This document shows positions 1-11,415 of a stretch of 64,000 nt of DNA, piece by piece (within the stretch, counting starts at the first letter, position 1; every line of letters starts with the position of its first letter). The notes under the pieces were generated by a model, which searched no databases, was not told the DNA's origin, and worked only from the letters and a program-made list of their open reading frames with translations. The stretch covers positions 736,001-800,000 of the forward strand of contig CAWETI010000003.1 of assembly GCA_963812015.1 (NCBI GenBank), in the 5' to 3' direction. This DNA comes from an uncultured delta proteobacterium. GTDB lineage: Bacteria > Desulfobacterota > Desulfobaccia > Desulfobaccales > 0-14-0-80-60-11. The position numbers were made by a program, and so were the translations under genes.

Positions 1-221
1 TAGCCGAAGACGAACAGCACGATGTTGAAAATGAGCAGAGAGGCGGTATACTGCTTCCAGTTCTGGGGGCCGCTGTCCATGCGTTTTTCGAACCAGCCCA
101 GAACCGGCAGGGGCCGGTATTTCCCCTCCATGATCCACGTCATATAGCGGCTTAAGGGGAAGGCGACGAGGGTCGCCGTGGCCATAAGCGCCAAAGGAAG
201 TAACCAGGTTTGGATAAACAT
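1..221 (-). CDS. kdpA: K+-transporting ATPase subunit A, N-terminal part (runs off window)
   Basis: Manual translation MFIQTWLLPLALMATATLVAFPLSRYMTWIMEGKY...QNWKQYTASLLIFN resembles the KdpA N-terminus; AGGAG SD upstream; directly follows kdpF. Confidence 0.85.
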   Translation of the reverse strand, partial: MFIQTWLLPLALMATATLVAFPLSRYMTWIMEGKYRPLPVLGWFEKRMDSGPQNWKQYTASLLIFNIVLFVFG

Positions 222-264
222 ATCTTAAGCTCCTTAGATATTGCAGGATTGCCGTTGCCCTAGC

Positions 265-354
265 TCAGAACCATTCCGGCCGGACCAGGGCCACCACCAG
301 GTAAACGAACAAGAAGGCCGCCACCGCGGCGGTCACATAGATCATCATTGCCAT
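265..354 (-). CDS. kdpF: K+-transporting ATPase subunit F
   Basis: MAMMIYVTAAVAAFLFVYLVVALVRPEWF: 29-aa hydrophobic peptide with the KdpF YL..AL..PE.F signature; GAGG SD. Confidence 0.9.
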   Translation of the reverse strand: MAMMIYVTAAVAAFLFVYLVVALVRPEWF

Positions 355-367
355 TACCTCATCGGGT

Positions 368-463
368 TTAAATTTTCTCGCAAGCTTTGAGGAACAGGTA
401 ACATAATCCCATCGCGACCAGGCCTAAGAGAAACATCGCGACCAGCCAGGCAAAAAGGTTCAT
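368..463 (-). CDS. small membrane peptide of the kdp operon
   Basis: MNLFAWLVAMFLLGLVAMGLCYLFLKACEKI (31 aa), strong AAGGAGG SD, directly upstream of kdpF. Confidence 0.75.
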   Translation of the reverse strand: MNLFAWLVAMFLLGLVAMGLCYLFLKACEKI

Positions 464-513
464 TTGAAGATTCCTCCTTCAATTTTCTTTAATCCTTGAT
501 TCATTACGGCGGA

Positions 514-1548
514 TCAAAAATTATAAAGTGCGGTCAACATGGGGGTGTATTTTTGGACCCCATTTTTCCCCGCCAGGTCAAAGGAGCACCCCAGAGCGAA
601 GGACATTTTGTCCGTGGCCAGGAATTCAAGCGCCGGCAGGAGTCCGATGACCGTTTCTGGGGTTTGGTAACCCTGGACCGTATTGAGGTTGTTCCAGGTC
701 CAGTTGCTGTACATTTCCAACAGGGCGACAAAGCGTTTGCTGAGCGGCAATTCCGCCGCCAGGTTGAAGGTCACGTATTCCCGGGAACGGACGTTACGGG
801 TGGGATCAGATCCCGTCGGATACAGGTTAATCGGACTGTTTATCCAGATATTGCTATACAGCAGGAAGGGCTTCAGCCATTTATACAGGTTGACGCCGCT
901 GGTGAAGGTTAAGGCCCCGGTGCCGACGGCATCCTGACCCAAGAACGCCGGGTTGAGGTGGGACGCATGACCCGTGGGAATACTGGCAAACCCCGCCACC
1001 CCGGACACGGCCGGCCGCCAATCGGTTTCCGGCAGGAGATTGTACTTGACGATGGCCGTGATATCTCCGATGCCGCTGTAATTGGCGGAGGTTTCGCCAT
1101 TGGGGCCGGGAACCGTCGCACTATTAACCCAGTTATGGATAAAGGGGACTATGACATACATCTCCATGTCCTTGGTGGGGCCATAGGTGAACTTGACCGG
1201 CATATAGAAGGTATGAAAATTCCCCCCAGCGTTCACCGACCGCCAGTTTTGGTTGAATACTCCCGGGTAATTGGACAAGGCCCACCAGACCTGCATGGAA
1301 TACTTGCCGGCCTCAATGGGGATACAGGTATCGCTAATCATGGGGCCGCAAGTGGTCGGAGCTTCCTCTTTTTTCTCTTCCGCGGGTGACGCCGGTTGCT
1401 CCAAAACCGGCGGACCGGCTACCTGAGCCAGTGCCGGTATAACGAGAGATAGCCAACTCCCTCCGCCTACCAGAACCAACATGGTCGTAAGGCCTACAAT
1501 CAACCCCATGACCATGAACTGTTTACTCTTCACCCCTAAAATCTCCAT
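514..1548 (-). CDS. outer-membrane beta-barrel transporter (Phenol_MetA_deg-like)
   Basis: N-terminal hydrophobic/signal segment, SGIGDI and PTG motifs, C-terminal aromatic residue (..LYNF). Confidence 0.7.
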   Translation of the reverse strand: MEILGVKSKQFMVMGLIVGLTTMLVLVGGGSWLSLVIPALAQVAGPPVLEQPASPAEEKKEEAPTTCGPMISDTCIPIEAGKYSMQVWWALSNYPGVFNQNWRSVNAGGNFHTFYMPVKFTYGPTKDMEMYVIVPFIHNWVNSATVPGPNGETSANYSGIGDITAIVKYNLLPETDWRPAVSGVAGFASIPTGHASHLNPAFLGQDAVGTGALTFTSGVNLYKWLKPFLLYSNIWINSPINLYPTGSDPTRNVRSREYVTFNLAAELPLSKRFVALLEMYSNWTWNNLNTVQGYQTPETVIGLLPALEFLATDKMSFALGCSFDLAGKNGVQKYTPMLTALYNF

Positions 1549-1612
1549 GCCACGTTCTCCTTAATGGGTTGAATGTGAGGCACATCTTTGTTTCTCCTTT
1601 TGCAGATTATGG

Positions 1613-1628
1613 AGCATAGTCCATGCCA
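1613..1628 (-). promoter_or_regulatory. sigma54 (-24/-12) promoter for the barrel-kdp operon
   Basis: Minus strand TGGCATGGACTATGCT; AT-rich IHF-like tract just upstream (1645-1675). Confidence 0.6.
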
Positions 1629-1844
1629 CTCCGCGAGTATGCTAATTATTATGTAAGTTCAGTTAGTTATAATTGACAGGCCGGGAGGAAATGGTTTTGA
1701 GTATTACAAAATGCAAGGTAGGGCCACTTCTGAGGATGTTAATTGAAATGCAGGTTGCCATTCCGGCAAGTCACCGCTGCAATCGCAGGAAATAAGCCCT
1801 AAGGCTTCGACCTGTTCAAGTCGGCCTTGGAGTTGCCGAGTCGA

Positions 1845-1906
1845 TAGCTGCTCTATCTGGCTCCCATATCCCAATATAAAAGTATCAATAAGAAGATCAT
1901 ATATTG
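1845..1906 (+). repeat. tripartite site S1 (left arm + core, degenerate)
   Basis: TAGCTGCTC at 1845; core TAAGAAGATCATATAT, with CATAT 50 bp after CTGCT. Confidence 0.55.
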
Positions 1907-2356
1907 ACCTCTGACCCAACGTCGCCTTTCTTCTTCTACGCTATGGAGAACCCCTTGGTCGAAGCGTGATCACGCCGTAGAAGCGTGTAGGCGCTTTTTT
2001 AGAGCCATTGCGGGGGTCTATCCCTCGGCTTATCCCCCCGACAAAAATCGGTTTGAAATTCTCGGTCCTGGGTCCCATCACCCCGGGTGTGTCTTTTGCC
2101 GGGTTCTCCCCGGGAAACAAAAACGGTATTGGCGAAAATTTTGATATGGCATCCAAGGCAGGCATAACGAGTAGGGGGGAGGGAGTCCCACTCTCCGGGT
2201 TTCTGTTCTTCGACTTTCACCCTGGGCAGGAATCCCAGGCACGGGTCCCCCAGGCCAGGGGCGTAGCGGGGGGAGGCAGGGGTAGGCGGCGGCTTCATGG
2301 CCGATGCTATATCGTGAGGAAAAGCCGCTGCCCCCCATGATTTGTGGTTATGCGTT

Positions 2357-2529
2357 CTTTTCCGGCAGAATGCACTTTTGGTCGTTATTTGTGGTAGAAT
2401 CTTGCTCAGTCATGACATGAACCTCCCAGGTTGTGTTGTGGTTAGGGCCGGTACGGGGTGAGTGGGTACACCCTGGCCGGCTTGCTTATTTTCTGGTTCG
2501 CTTCAAATACTCTTCGACGTCTGTCCACT
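2357..2529. repeat. copy 1 of xis 3' end + hairpin + leader unit (copy 2 at 27760-27936)
   Basis: Long similar stretch including catgacatgaacctccc, gttgtggttagggccggt and ctggttcgcttcaaatactctt; minus strand encodes WTDVEEYLKRTRK* and a 21-aa ORF MTEQDSTTNNDQKCILPEKNA (2348-2413). Confidence 0.85.
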
Positions 2530-2637
2530 GGGGTGGTATGCAGAAGTGCCGGCGGCGCGCGGGGGGGAGTAGTCAGGGTATGGGGTGATGACAGGGGAAC
2601 GCGGGGGGCGCTCCAAGGAGGCTCTGTAACTCTCAAT

Positions 2638-3675
2638 CTACCAGAGGCTCATTTGGGGTTTAGCTTTCGGCGTGGGCTCAGGTATAAGCTTTTCGGCAAT
2701 GACTTGGGCAATCAAAGGAGCGTTGCCACCGGCCCGATTATTGATGATCAAATTTACCGACACACCTTTCTCAATGGCTGTCTGGATAATTTCAACCGTC
2801 TCCAGGACCATCTCCGGGTGCAGCATACCTGCCACAAGCTTGCTAAAAGGATGCGCTTTCGCATAAGCTTCTTCGTACCGCATGTTTAAAGGCGTCATGA
2901 TCCGGATCACACATTCCTTCCCTGCATTGAAAAATCTGCCGTCAGCTTTGGCCAACTGTTTTCTCAAGGGAGGCAGCCAGGTCCAGTGAGATAAAACTTG
3001 CCCGATGCCGTGTTTTGCTAAGACTTCAAAAACTTGATCCCTTAGATAGAGTTCGGTTCTCAATTCCACATGATATCGGGGATCCGTGGGGATCTGGCTG
3101 AAAAATCTGTCCAAGGCCTGGGCCATCTCGTTCACAGGAGCCCGATCTTCCTTGCGCTGATATTCCTGTTCAAAGATGAAGCCAGAGAGGATGGGCCCAA
3201 GCAGATTGACGGCCGGTTCATAGAATTGCTTGGTGAAAATTCCAGGGTTTAGGTAGGCTTCGTTCTTGATGTGCAGATCACTTTGCCTGATCTTTTGCGC
3301 CGTAATCATCTGTGGCACTTTGAGAAGGATGGGGTCGTCCTCTTTTAAGTGCCGGGCATAACTCTGCAACACCTGATAGTTCTGGGTGGGCTGGTAATTA
3401 TGGTCCAAGAGCGGTCGGTAGAAAGTGAAATCGATTTCCAGGACTGGGAAATGTTCGAAATACTCTTCCACGCTGTCGACGGGAAGCACTTCTTCGATGA
3501 ATGGTTTTCCGCCTATGATTTTAGTGCGTTTGGTTATTCGCCCAGCATAGCGGTCCTGGGAATAAATTTGTCCGATCCAGCCGGCATACCGATCACTGGC
3601 AGTCCCGACGAAGACCTTGGGATGCATGGCGCGGAAATGGAAGGTTTTCAGATTGCATTCCTGGTCAATGGGCAT
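2638..3675 (-). CDS. DUF72 family protein
   Basis: VGTAS..Y.GW.G..Y, F..LEIDFTFY, LKVPQ.IT, VELR and INNRAGGNAP motifs. Confidence 0.85.
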   Translation of the reverse strand: MPIDQECNLKTFHFRAMHPKVFVGTASDRYAGWIGQIYSQDRYAGRITKRTKIIGGKPFIEEVLPVDSVEEYFEHFPVLEIDFTFYRPLLDHNYQPTQNYQVLQSYARHLKEDDPILLKVPQMITAQKIRQSDLHIKNEAYLNPGIFTKQFYEPAVNLLGPILSGFIFEQEYQRKEDRAPVNEMAQALDRFFSQIPTDPRYHVELRTELYLRDQVFEVLAKHGIGQVLSHWTWLPPLRKQLAKADGRFFNAGKECVIRIMTPLNMRYEEAYAKAHPFSKLVAGMLHPEMVLETVEIIQTAIEKGVSVNLIINNRAGGNAPLIAQVIAEKLIPEPTPKAKPQMSLW

Positions 3676-4024
3676 GGTTCCAGTTTAATGGAAAAAGGGA
3701 CATAGCCCAACTGCATAGTGGAGGTTAATGGAGAGGTTCCGGTATGCATATTACCATTGCTAAATGGCCCTGAAACGCCCCCAGAAGGCTTGAAGAGCAC
3801 CAACCCTTACTTCTGGCCATTAGTCGGTTGGCTTGCGTTGAAATTTGGGCCGAAAAAAGGACCGTACGTTGCTGTTTTTGACCATCGCCGCCATCGACCT
3901 GAACGCTTCCTATGAGGCTTCCTTTGTTTAGAGCCACTACCCTGCTATTAAGCATGGCCTGCATCTAATGCCTTAAAGCGGGCCAGCCTTAAGTCTGGAA
4001 CCCTGACCGTATCCCTCGTTGCGA

Positions 4025-5872
4025 GTCGAGTAGCGCAGGGGAATCTCACCCCCACGCCCTCACAGATCCGGACGTGAACCTCTCAGCTCATCCGGCTCCT
4101 CTTATCCAGCCGCCGGCCGCACTCCCAGTCGCCAGTGAGCGAATAAATTCGACTCACGCCGGGCAATGCGTCCTAACCAATGGGTTGACTGACGCTGATG
4201 GCCACGCAGCTTCTTAAACTTACGCATGGCCCAACGGGTCAGAGCGCGATTCAGTTGGCGCAAAATCGGGTAAAGTGCAGACTTGTAGTAGCTGCCATAG
4301 TAGTTAATCTAGCCCCGAAGGACTGGATTGAACATCCGGGACAAGTCGTCGAGAGCCTTATCGCTCCTCAGGTGGAGTCGCCAACTACGCATGGTGCGGC
4401 GCATCGTCTTTGCGGCTTTATCGCTCACTGCCGGGCTGAAGCTGATGAAGAACTTGCCCCAGCGATTCTTCGATCTCCGGGGACGAAACGTGAATCCCAG
4501 AAAATCAAACTTCTCGTTGAGGTAGTGGCCTCTCCGATCATCATCCTTGCAATAGACTATCTTGGTCTTTTCAGGATGAAGCTCCAGTTTGCATTGAGCC
4601 AGCCTTCCGGCAATCGCCTTCCTCAATGCCCCAGCTTCCGATTCTGTCTGGCAGTGGACCACCACATCATCGGCATATCTCGCAAAAGGATTCTGTGGAT
4701 AAGTCTTCCGCATCCATTCATCAAAAGCATAGCGCAGGAACAGGTTGGCGAGCAGAGGGCTGATCACCCCGCCTTGCGGCGTGCCCTTCTGCCGGAGCAC
4801 TAAAGTCCCTTCAGCAAGTTGGGCTGGGGCGGTAAGCCACCTTTCGATGTAGAGCAGCATCCATGAACAGTCGGTGTGCTTACGCACCGCCCGCATGAGA
4901 AGGTCATGGTCCAGGTTGTCAAAGAATCCCTTGATATCCAAATCGATCACCCAGTCGTAGCGCCAGCACCTTTTCCGGGTTACTCCAACGGCTTCAATCG
5001 CCGACTTCCCATGTCGATATCCATAGGAGTCTGGATGAAAGCATGGCTCCACCAACGGTTCCAGGTAAATCTTGACTACCATCTGGGCAATCCGATCTAA
5101 TACCGTCGGGATTCCCAAACTTCTCTGGCCGCCACCGGCCTTGGGTATGGTTACCGTACGCACTGGTGGCGGGAAATAGCTCCCCGAGGACATGAGATTC
5201 CAGACCTTGTAAAGGTTGTTCTTCAACCCCTTCTCAAAATCTGCAATCGACTCCGTGTCTACTCCGGCCGCTCCCTGGTTTGCTTTTACCCTTTGAAACG
5301 CCTTCCAGACCACCCATTTTGAAATCTCAAACGGCTTTGCTTTATTCACCGGTTCCTCCCATTTCTGGTTGACCAAGCCATAAAGCTGAATGAGACAACC
5401 CCTTCACTCCATCCCCATTACGGGACTTCTTCGCTACTACGGGTTGTTCCGCCCCTGTGCCCCGCCTCGGTACTCTCACTCTCATGGGTCCTCCACTTGA
5501 GTTTCTCCCTTCACATCGGAGCGACAGGTTCCCACGTTCCACGCAAGAGCCTGAGTCAAGATCATGCCACCTTCATGCCGGACACCACCCAAGCAATAAG
5601 CAGGCTCCCCTTGGGCTTATACTGGGACCACCATACCCCCCAGTTTTGACGTCGTCCTTATGATTTCGACACGTCATCAGTGGTTCGCTTGCGCTCATCT
5701 TCTTGACCCATACCTGACGCAGTTGCTCTGCGCCTTTTCCTTAACGCTCACCACCCTGACTCTTAACCAGCGCAGCTTAAGGCGGTTTGGAACCTGTCCC
5801 TGCAGACCGATTCCGAGGGGCCTACCCTCATCTCTTGCGCAACACCGCACTCAGCGTGCGTTCGTGGCGCAC
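4025..5872 (-). mobile_element. group II intron, RmInt1-like (bacterial class D, IIB)
   Basis: 5' GTGCG at 5872; domain V GAGCCGGATGAGCTGAGAGGTTCACGTCCGGATC and domain VI ending ...CTACTCGAC at 4025; EBS1 (5629-5635) and EBS2 (~5659-5664) complementary to the 5' exon. Confidence 0.92.
4102..5349 (-). pseudogene. ltrA: intron-encoded reverse transcriptase/maturase with premature amber codon
   Basis: RT motifs GAAGVD, LGIPTV.DRIAQ, DLDIKGFFD, GTPQGGVISP, RYADD; TAG at 4309-4311 where RGW(INYYG) is expected; frame continues INYYGSYYKSAL...FAHWRLG to TAA at 4102; no endonuclease domain. Confidence 0.85.
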
Positions 5873-5932
5873 TATGGCGATCATATCTTCATCTCTCTGG
5901 AATTTTTGAGAAGCTTTGCTAGTGGCAAGCTA
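5873..5932 (+). repeat. tripartite site S2 (core + right arm), interrupted by the intron
   Basis: Joining 4024 to 5873 gives GATATG-GCGAT-CATATCT; TGGCAAGCTA 41 bp after CATATCT. Confidence 0.8.
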
Positions 5933-6074
5933 GTGGCCTCTTCCTAAATACTTCTTAGAGAATGCCCTTTGGAAAAAATTATGTGCAAATTTACAGAGTA
6001 TATGGAGAATCTTAATCTTAAGAAAAGCTTTAAGAATAATTACCCTATATATTGAACTGTAAAGGAGAAACACC

Positions 6075-6608
6075 ATGAACCGGTCTATTGGGAAAGTGGC
6101 GATGGTTCTGCTGGTGGTTGCTGTTCTTTCGGGTGGGATGCTGTCCGGAGCTTCGGGTGTCTGGGCCAAGGAGAAGCCCGGCACTTTGGCGAAGCAGGTC
6201 CAGGGAAGCTGGACCCTGGTCTCCATATACGTCGAGCAGGACGGCAAGAAGATCGAGCCCTTCGGTTCACAACCGAGGGGTTTGATAACCCTGACTCCAG
6301 ACGGCCGTTTCTCGTATATCATGTTGAAGGCAAGCCTTCCGAAGATTGCTGCCGACAACCGCCTGAAGGGTACCGCCGAGGAGAATCAGGCTATTGTCCA
6401 GGGATCTTTAGCCGCCTACGGCACTTATAAGGTGGTGAATGAAAAAGAACATGCCGTGCAGGTGCACATAGAGGGGAGCACCTTCCCCAACTGGGATGGT
6501 CAAGATCAGAAACGGACTTGGACCGTCAAAGGAGACGAGCTGACTATCACCAACCCTTATGCGTCAGTGGGTGGGATTGCCTACCTCGTCTGGAAACGGG
6601 CCAAGTAG
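6075..6608 (+). CDS. exported lipocalin-like domain protein
   Basis: Signal peptide, GSWTLVS, G.I..T.DGRFS, AAYGTY, PNWDG..Q.R motifs; AAGGAG SD. Confidence 0.8.
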   Translation: MNRSIGKVAMVLLVVAVLSGGMLSGASGVWAKEKPGTLAKQVQGSWTLVSIYVEQDGKKIEPFGSQPRGLITLTPDGRFSYIMLKASLPKIAADNRLKGTAEENQAIVQGSLAAYGTYKVVNEKEHAVQVHIEGSTFPNWDGQDQKRTWTVKGDELTITNPYASVGGIAYLVWKRAK

Positions 6609-6621
6609 TCGGGGCGCGAGT

Positions 6622-6660
6622 CAAAGGGGGTTGAGGAACAACCTTTACTCACCCCCTTTG
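6622..6660 (+). terminator. hairpin after lipocalin gene
   Basis: CAAAGGGGGT...ACCCCCTTTG inverted repeat. Confidence 0.55.
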
Positions 6661-6667
6661 GTGTCAG

Positions 6668-6774
6668 TTACTGCTATTTATGTGCCCATCAAGGAGACTT
6701 AGAAGGTTTTCGCTATACAGATCATATCTTCAACTATTAAGCATTTCGGAGAATGGGCTGATAGTGGCAAGTTA
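6668..6774 (+). repeat. tripartite site S3 (complete)
   Basis: CTGCTA 6671, CATATCT 6723, TGGCAAGTTA 6765 (spacings 52/42). Confidence 0.8.
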
Positions 6775-7024
6775 TGCGGCACCAATTCCATCGCTCAAAG
6801 CCGGATAAGACGAGCAGTTCATGCCTCATTCTGGGAAGGCGCAGGGGGTCATCCTCGCACCTAAGATGAAACCAAAATCCCAAGGCGCGGTGCACCATAA
6901 TTTATCGATTACAGCTTGACTAAGCAAAGACAATAATTACTTTTCGGGAGAACCACTTTAAACCACAAAGCGGAGAGCACTATATCCATAGCAGCACAGC
7001 GCATAAGATCAGATAACGAAATGA

Positions 7025-9244
<2,220 letters not shown>

Positions 9245-9369
9245 CCGTAGCATAAACGTCTTCGAGGGCTTCTGAAGCGTATGCTGAACTGCAATTCGGA
9301 TGAGCAGAAGGCTATAACCGCCGCGAGCTGACGGATGTTTTGAACGATCAACAGAGGCTATAGCAACAT

Positions 9370-9861
9370 CACAACACGCACCTCCACCGGCTGGGGTCCA
9401 ATTATCACCTGATTCCGGTAAACGCGCCCAAATTCGCCCCGGGGACGAATTACCAACGGGATGGCTCTATACGAGTGGATGACAACGGCGAGGACGGCCC
9501 CAACTACTGGCCCAACAGCTTCGGCGGGCCGGCCCCGGACCCCGTCAAGGGGGAGCCGTCCTTTAAGGTGTCGGGTCTGGCGGGGCGCCACCCCTTCAAA
9601 TTCCCCAATGACGACTTCGTGCAGGCGGGCAACCTTTACCGGAAGGTCATGACAGACCAGGACCGGGCCAACCTCATCGGCAACATCGTGGCCCATCTGG
9701 GGAACGCCTTGCAGGGGATCCAGTTCCGCCAGGCGGCCATCTTCTTCAAGGCAGACAAAGATTATGGCAGTCGCGTAGCTCAGGGCCTGGGGCTCGACGT
9801 CAAGGAAGCGGAACGCCTGGCCGGCATGACCCAGGAAGAGCGGGCAAAAGCTACAGACTAA
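9370..9861 (+). pseudogene. katA: C-terminal remnant of a monofunctional haem catalase
   Basis: In-frame THLHRLGSNYHLIPVNAPK...YQRDG...NYWPNSFGGP...DDFVQAGNLYR...ADKDYG.RVA; the whole N-terminal catalytic part is missing. Confidence 0.85.
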
Positions 9862-9903
9862 CACTTAGTGCCTTGAATCGATAAGGACGGGGAGAAAAGT
9901 GAC

Positions 9904-10080
9904 ATGAACCCATAGGAAGCACAAGCACACTGGCGTTGCAGCAACTGCAGCTTTACCCTCCAGGCGGCCAAACCGTCGGACATCTGCCCGATGTGTTGCG
10001 GTCAATGTGAGTTTAAGGATGTGAGCTGTTACCTGCCAGAGTGCGGAGGCACTGGCCAGGTTGATCCGCGTTTGAAGTAA
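9904..10080 (+). pseudogene. rubredoxin-like metal-binding small protein with early amber codon
   Basis: MNP*EAQAHWRCSNCSFTLQAAKPSDICPMCCGQCEFKDVSCYLPECGG; TAG at 9913-9915; GGAG SD upstream. Confidence 0.7.
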
Positions 10081-10252
10081 GCAGTCCGGTCTCTTGTCGC
10101 CCTTAACCTTTCAGAGGGGCCTCCCAAGAGAGGGGGCCCCTTCTTCCCTTGGAGCTTGAAGAAGTTGCCAGCCGGTTTATTATATAAACGGCAATAACCT
10201 CCTGATGGATACCGGCAAAATCAAGATGCATAAAATGAGGAGAGATTAGGCG

Positions 10253-10690
10253 ATGCAACTTCCTGAATACGTCACGGTCCAAGAAGTTCAGAGAGTTTGC
10301 CAGGAACTGGGCCTGCGTGACTGGTCCCAAATGACGGAGCCCAAAGTCAGCCCGGAAGAAGCCCGGATAATCCTTGCAGAAGTGAATACCCAGGGCATGG
10401 ATATTCCCCTGGAAGACTTTTGTGCCGGGCTGGAAGTGGAATTGGAGCATGGCACCCAGTTCAAAGATGCCAACGTGACCAACAACCACCCGATTCTCAC
10501 GGGGAAAATCGTCCTGGCGCACCTCAAGGAGTCCATGGACTATCACAAGCGGCTGGAGGTGGCCGAAATCGAGGGCGATATCCTCAAGGCCCTGGTGGCC
10601 AAAAACCTGGCCAAAGTGGAAGCTCTCCACAAAAAGCTGGCTCAGGCGAAATTGGCCCTTCACCAAGCGGAATCAAGACAATTAGGGTAG
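10253..10690 (+). CDS. DUF5661-like hypothetical protein
   Basis: GLEVELEHG...T.KIVLAHL.E..DY motif. Confidence 0.7.
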   Translation: MQLPEYVTVQEVQRVCQELGLRDWSQMTEPKVSPEEARIILAEVNTQGMDIPLEDFCAGLEVELEHGTQFKDANVTNNHPILTGKIVLAHLKESMDYHKRLEVAEIEGDILKALVAKNLAKVEALHKKLAQAKLALHQAESRQLG

Positions 10691-10736
10691 TCCATCTCTT
10701 TTTTCTTCTTTAATAATTCCGGGAGGAGAACTGTTC

Positions 10737-11372
10737 GTGAGGTGTATGAGACTCTACAAGATAGCCCTCAGCCTCCTGTTGCTCTCCGCCTTTTTTCTGG
10801 GATCGAGGACCGCCATGGCTTTAGAAGAAGCCAAATACAAGGTGCTTGAACGTGCAGAGGATTTTGAGCTCAGGCAATATGAACCCCGAATCGAGGCAGA
10901 GACTTTGGTGGAGGGTGACTTCAAAGACGTGGGCAACGAAGGTTTCCGGCGTTTATATGACTATATCTCCGGGAAGAACCGCAAGCAGCAAACCATCCCC
11001 ATGACGGCTCCAGTGTCCCAGGAGGCCTCTTCTGAAAAGATCCCCATGACCGCACCTGTCAATCAGGCACAAGTGGGAGGAAAATGGCGGATCACCTTCC
11101 TGATGCCTTCTCAATATTCGATGGAAACTCTCCCGCAACCCTTGGACCCGAGAGTGCAGTTGACCAAGGTTCCGGGACTGCTCATGGCTGCCCTCAGTTA
11201 CTCCGGCACCTGGAGCAGGGGGCGCTATGAGGGAAAGGAGAACCGGCTGAAGGAACTCATTCGACAAAAGGGCCTCAAAATGGTGGGTGACCCGGTTTTT
11301 GCCAGGTACAATCCACCTTTTATGCCCTGGTTTTTGCGCCGCAACGAGGTGCTGATCCCAGTAGCGCGTTAG
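10737..11372 (+). CDS. SOUL family haem-binding protein
   Basis: GFRRLYDYISG.N, duplicated IPMTAPV, C-terminal YNPPF.PWFLRRNEV. Confidence 0.9.
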   Translation: MRCMRLYKIALSLLLLSAFFLGSRTAMALEEAKYKVLERAEDFELRQYEPRIEAETLVEGDFKDVGNEGFRRLYDYISGKNRKQQTIPMTAPVSQEASSEKIPMTAPVNQAQVGGKWRITFLMPSQYSMETLPQPLDPRVQLTKVPGLLMAALSYSGTWSRGRYEGKENRLKELIRQKGLKMVGDPVFARYNPPFMPWFLRRNEVLIPVAR

Positions 11373-11415
11373 GACAGGATATGGTTGCTCTGAAGGGTTT
11401 TCACAGGGGTATCTG

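Noticed and set aside
1704..2340. Several short overlapping ORFs
   Set aside because: No SD or motifs; they lie over repeat and backbone remnants
3942..3950. CTGCTA as the left arm of S2
   Set aside because: About 92 bp from the rebuilt core instead of ~51
4198..4803. 201-aa plus-strand ORF
   Set aside because: Antisense to the intron RT
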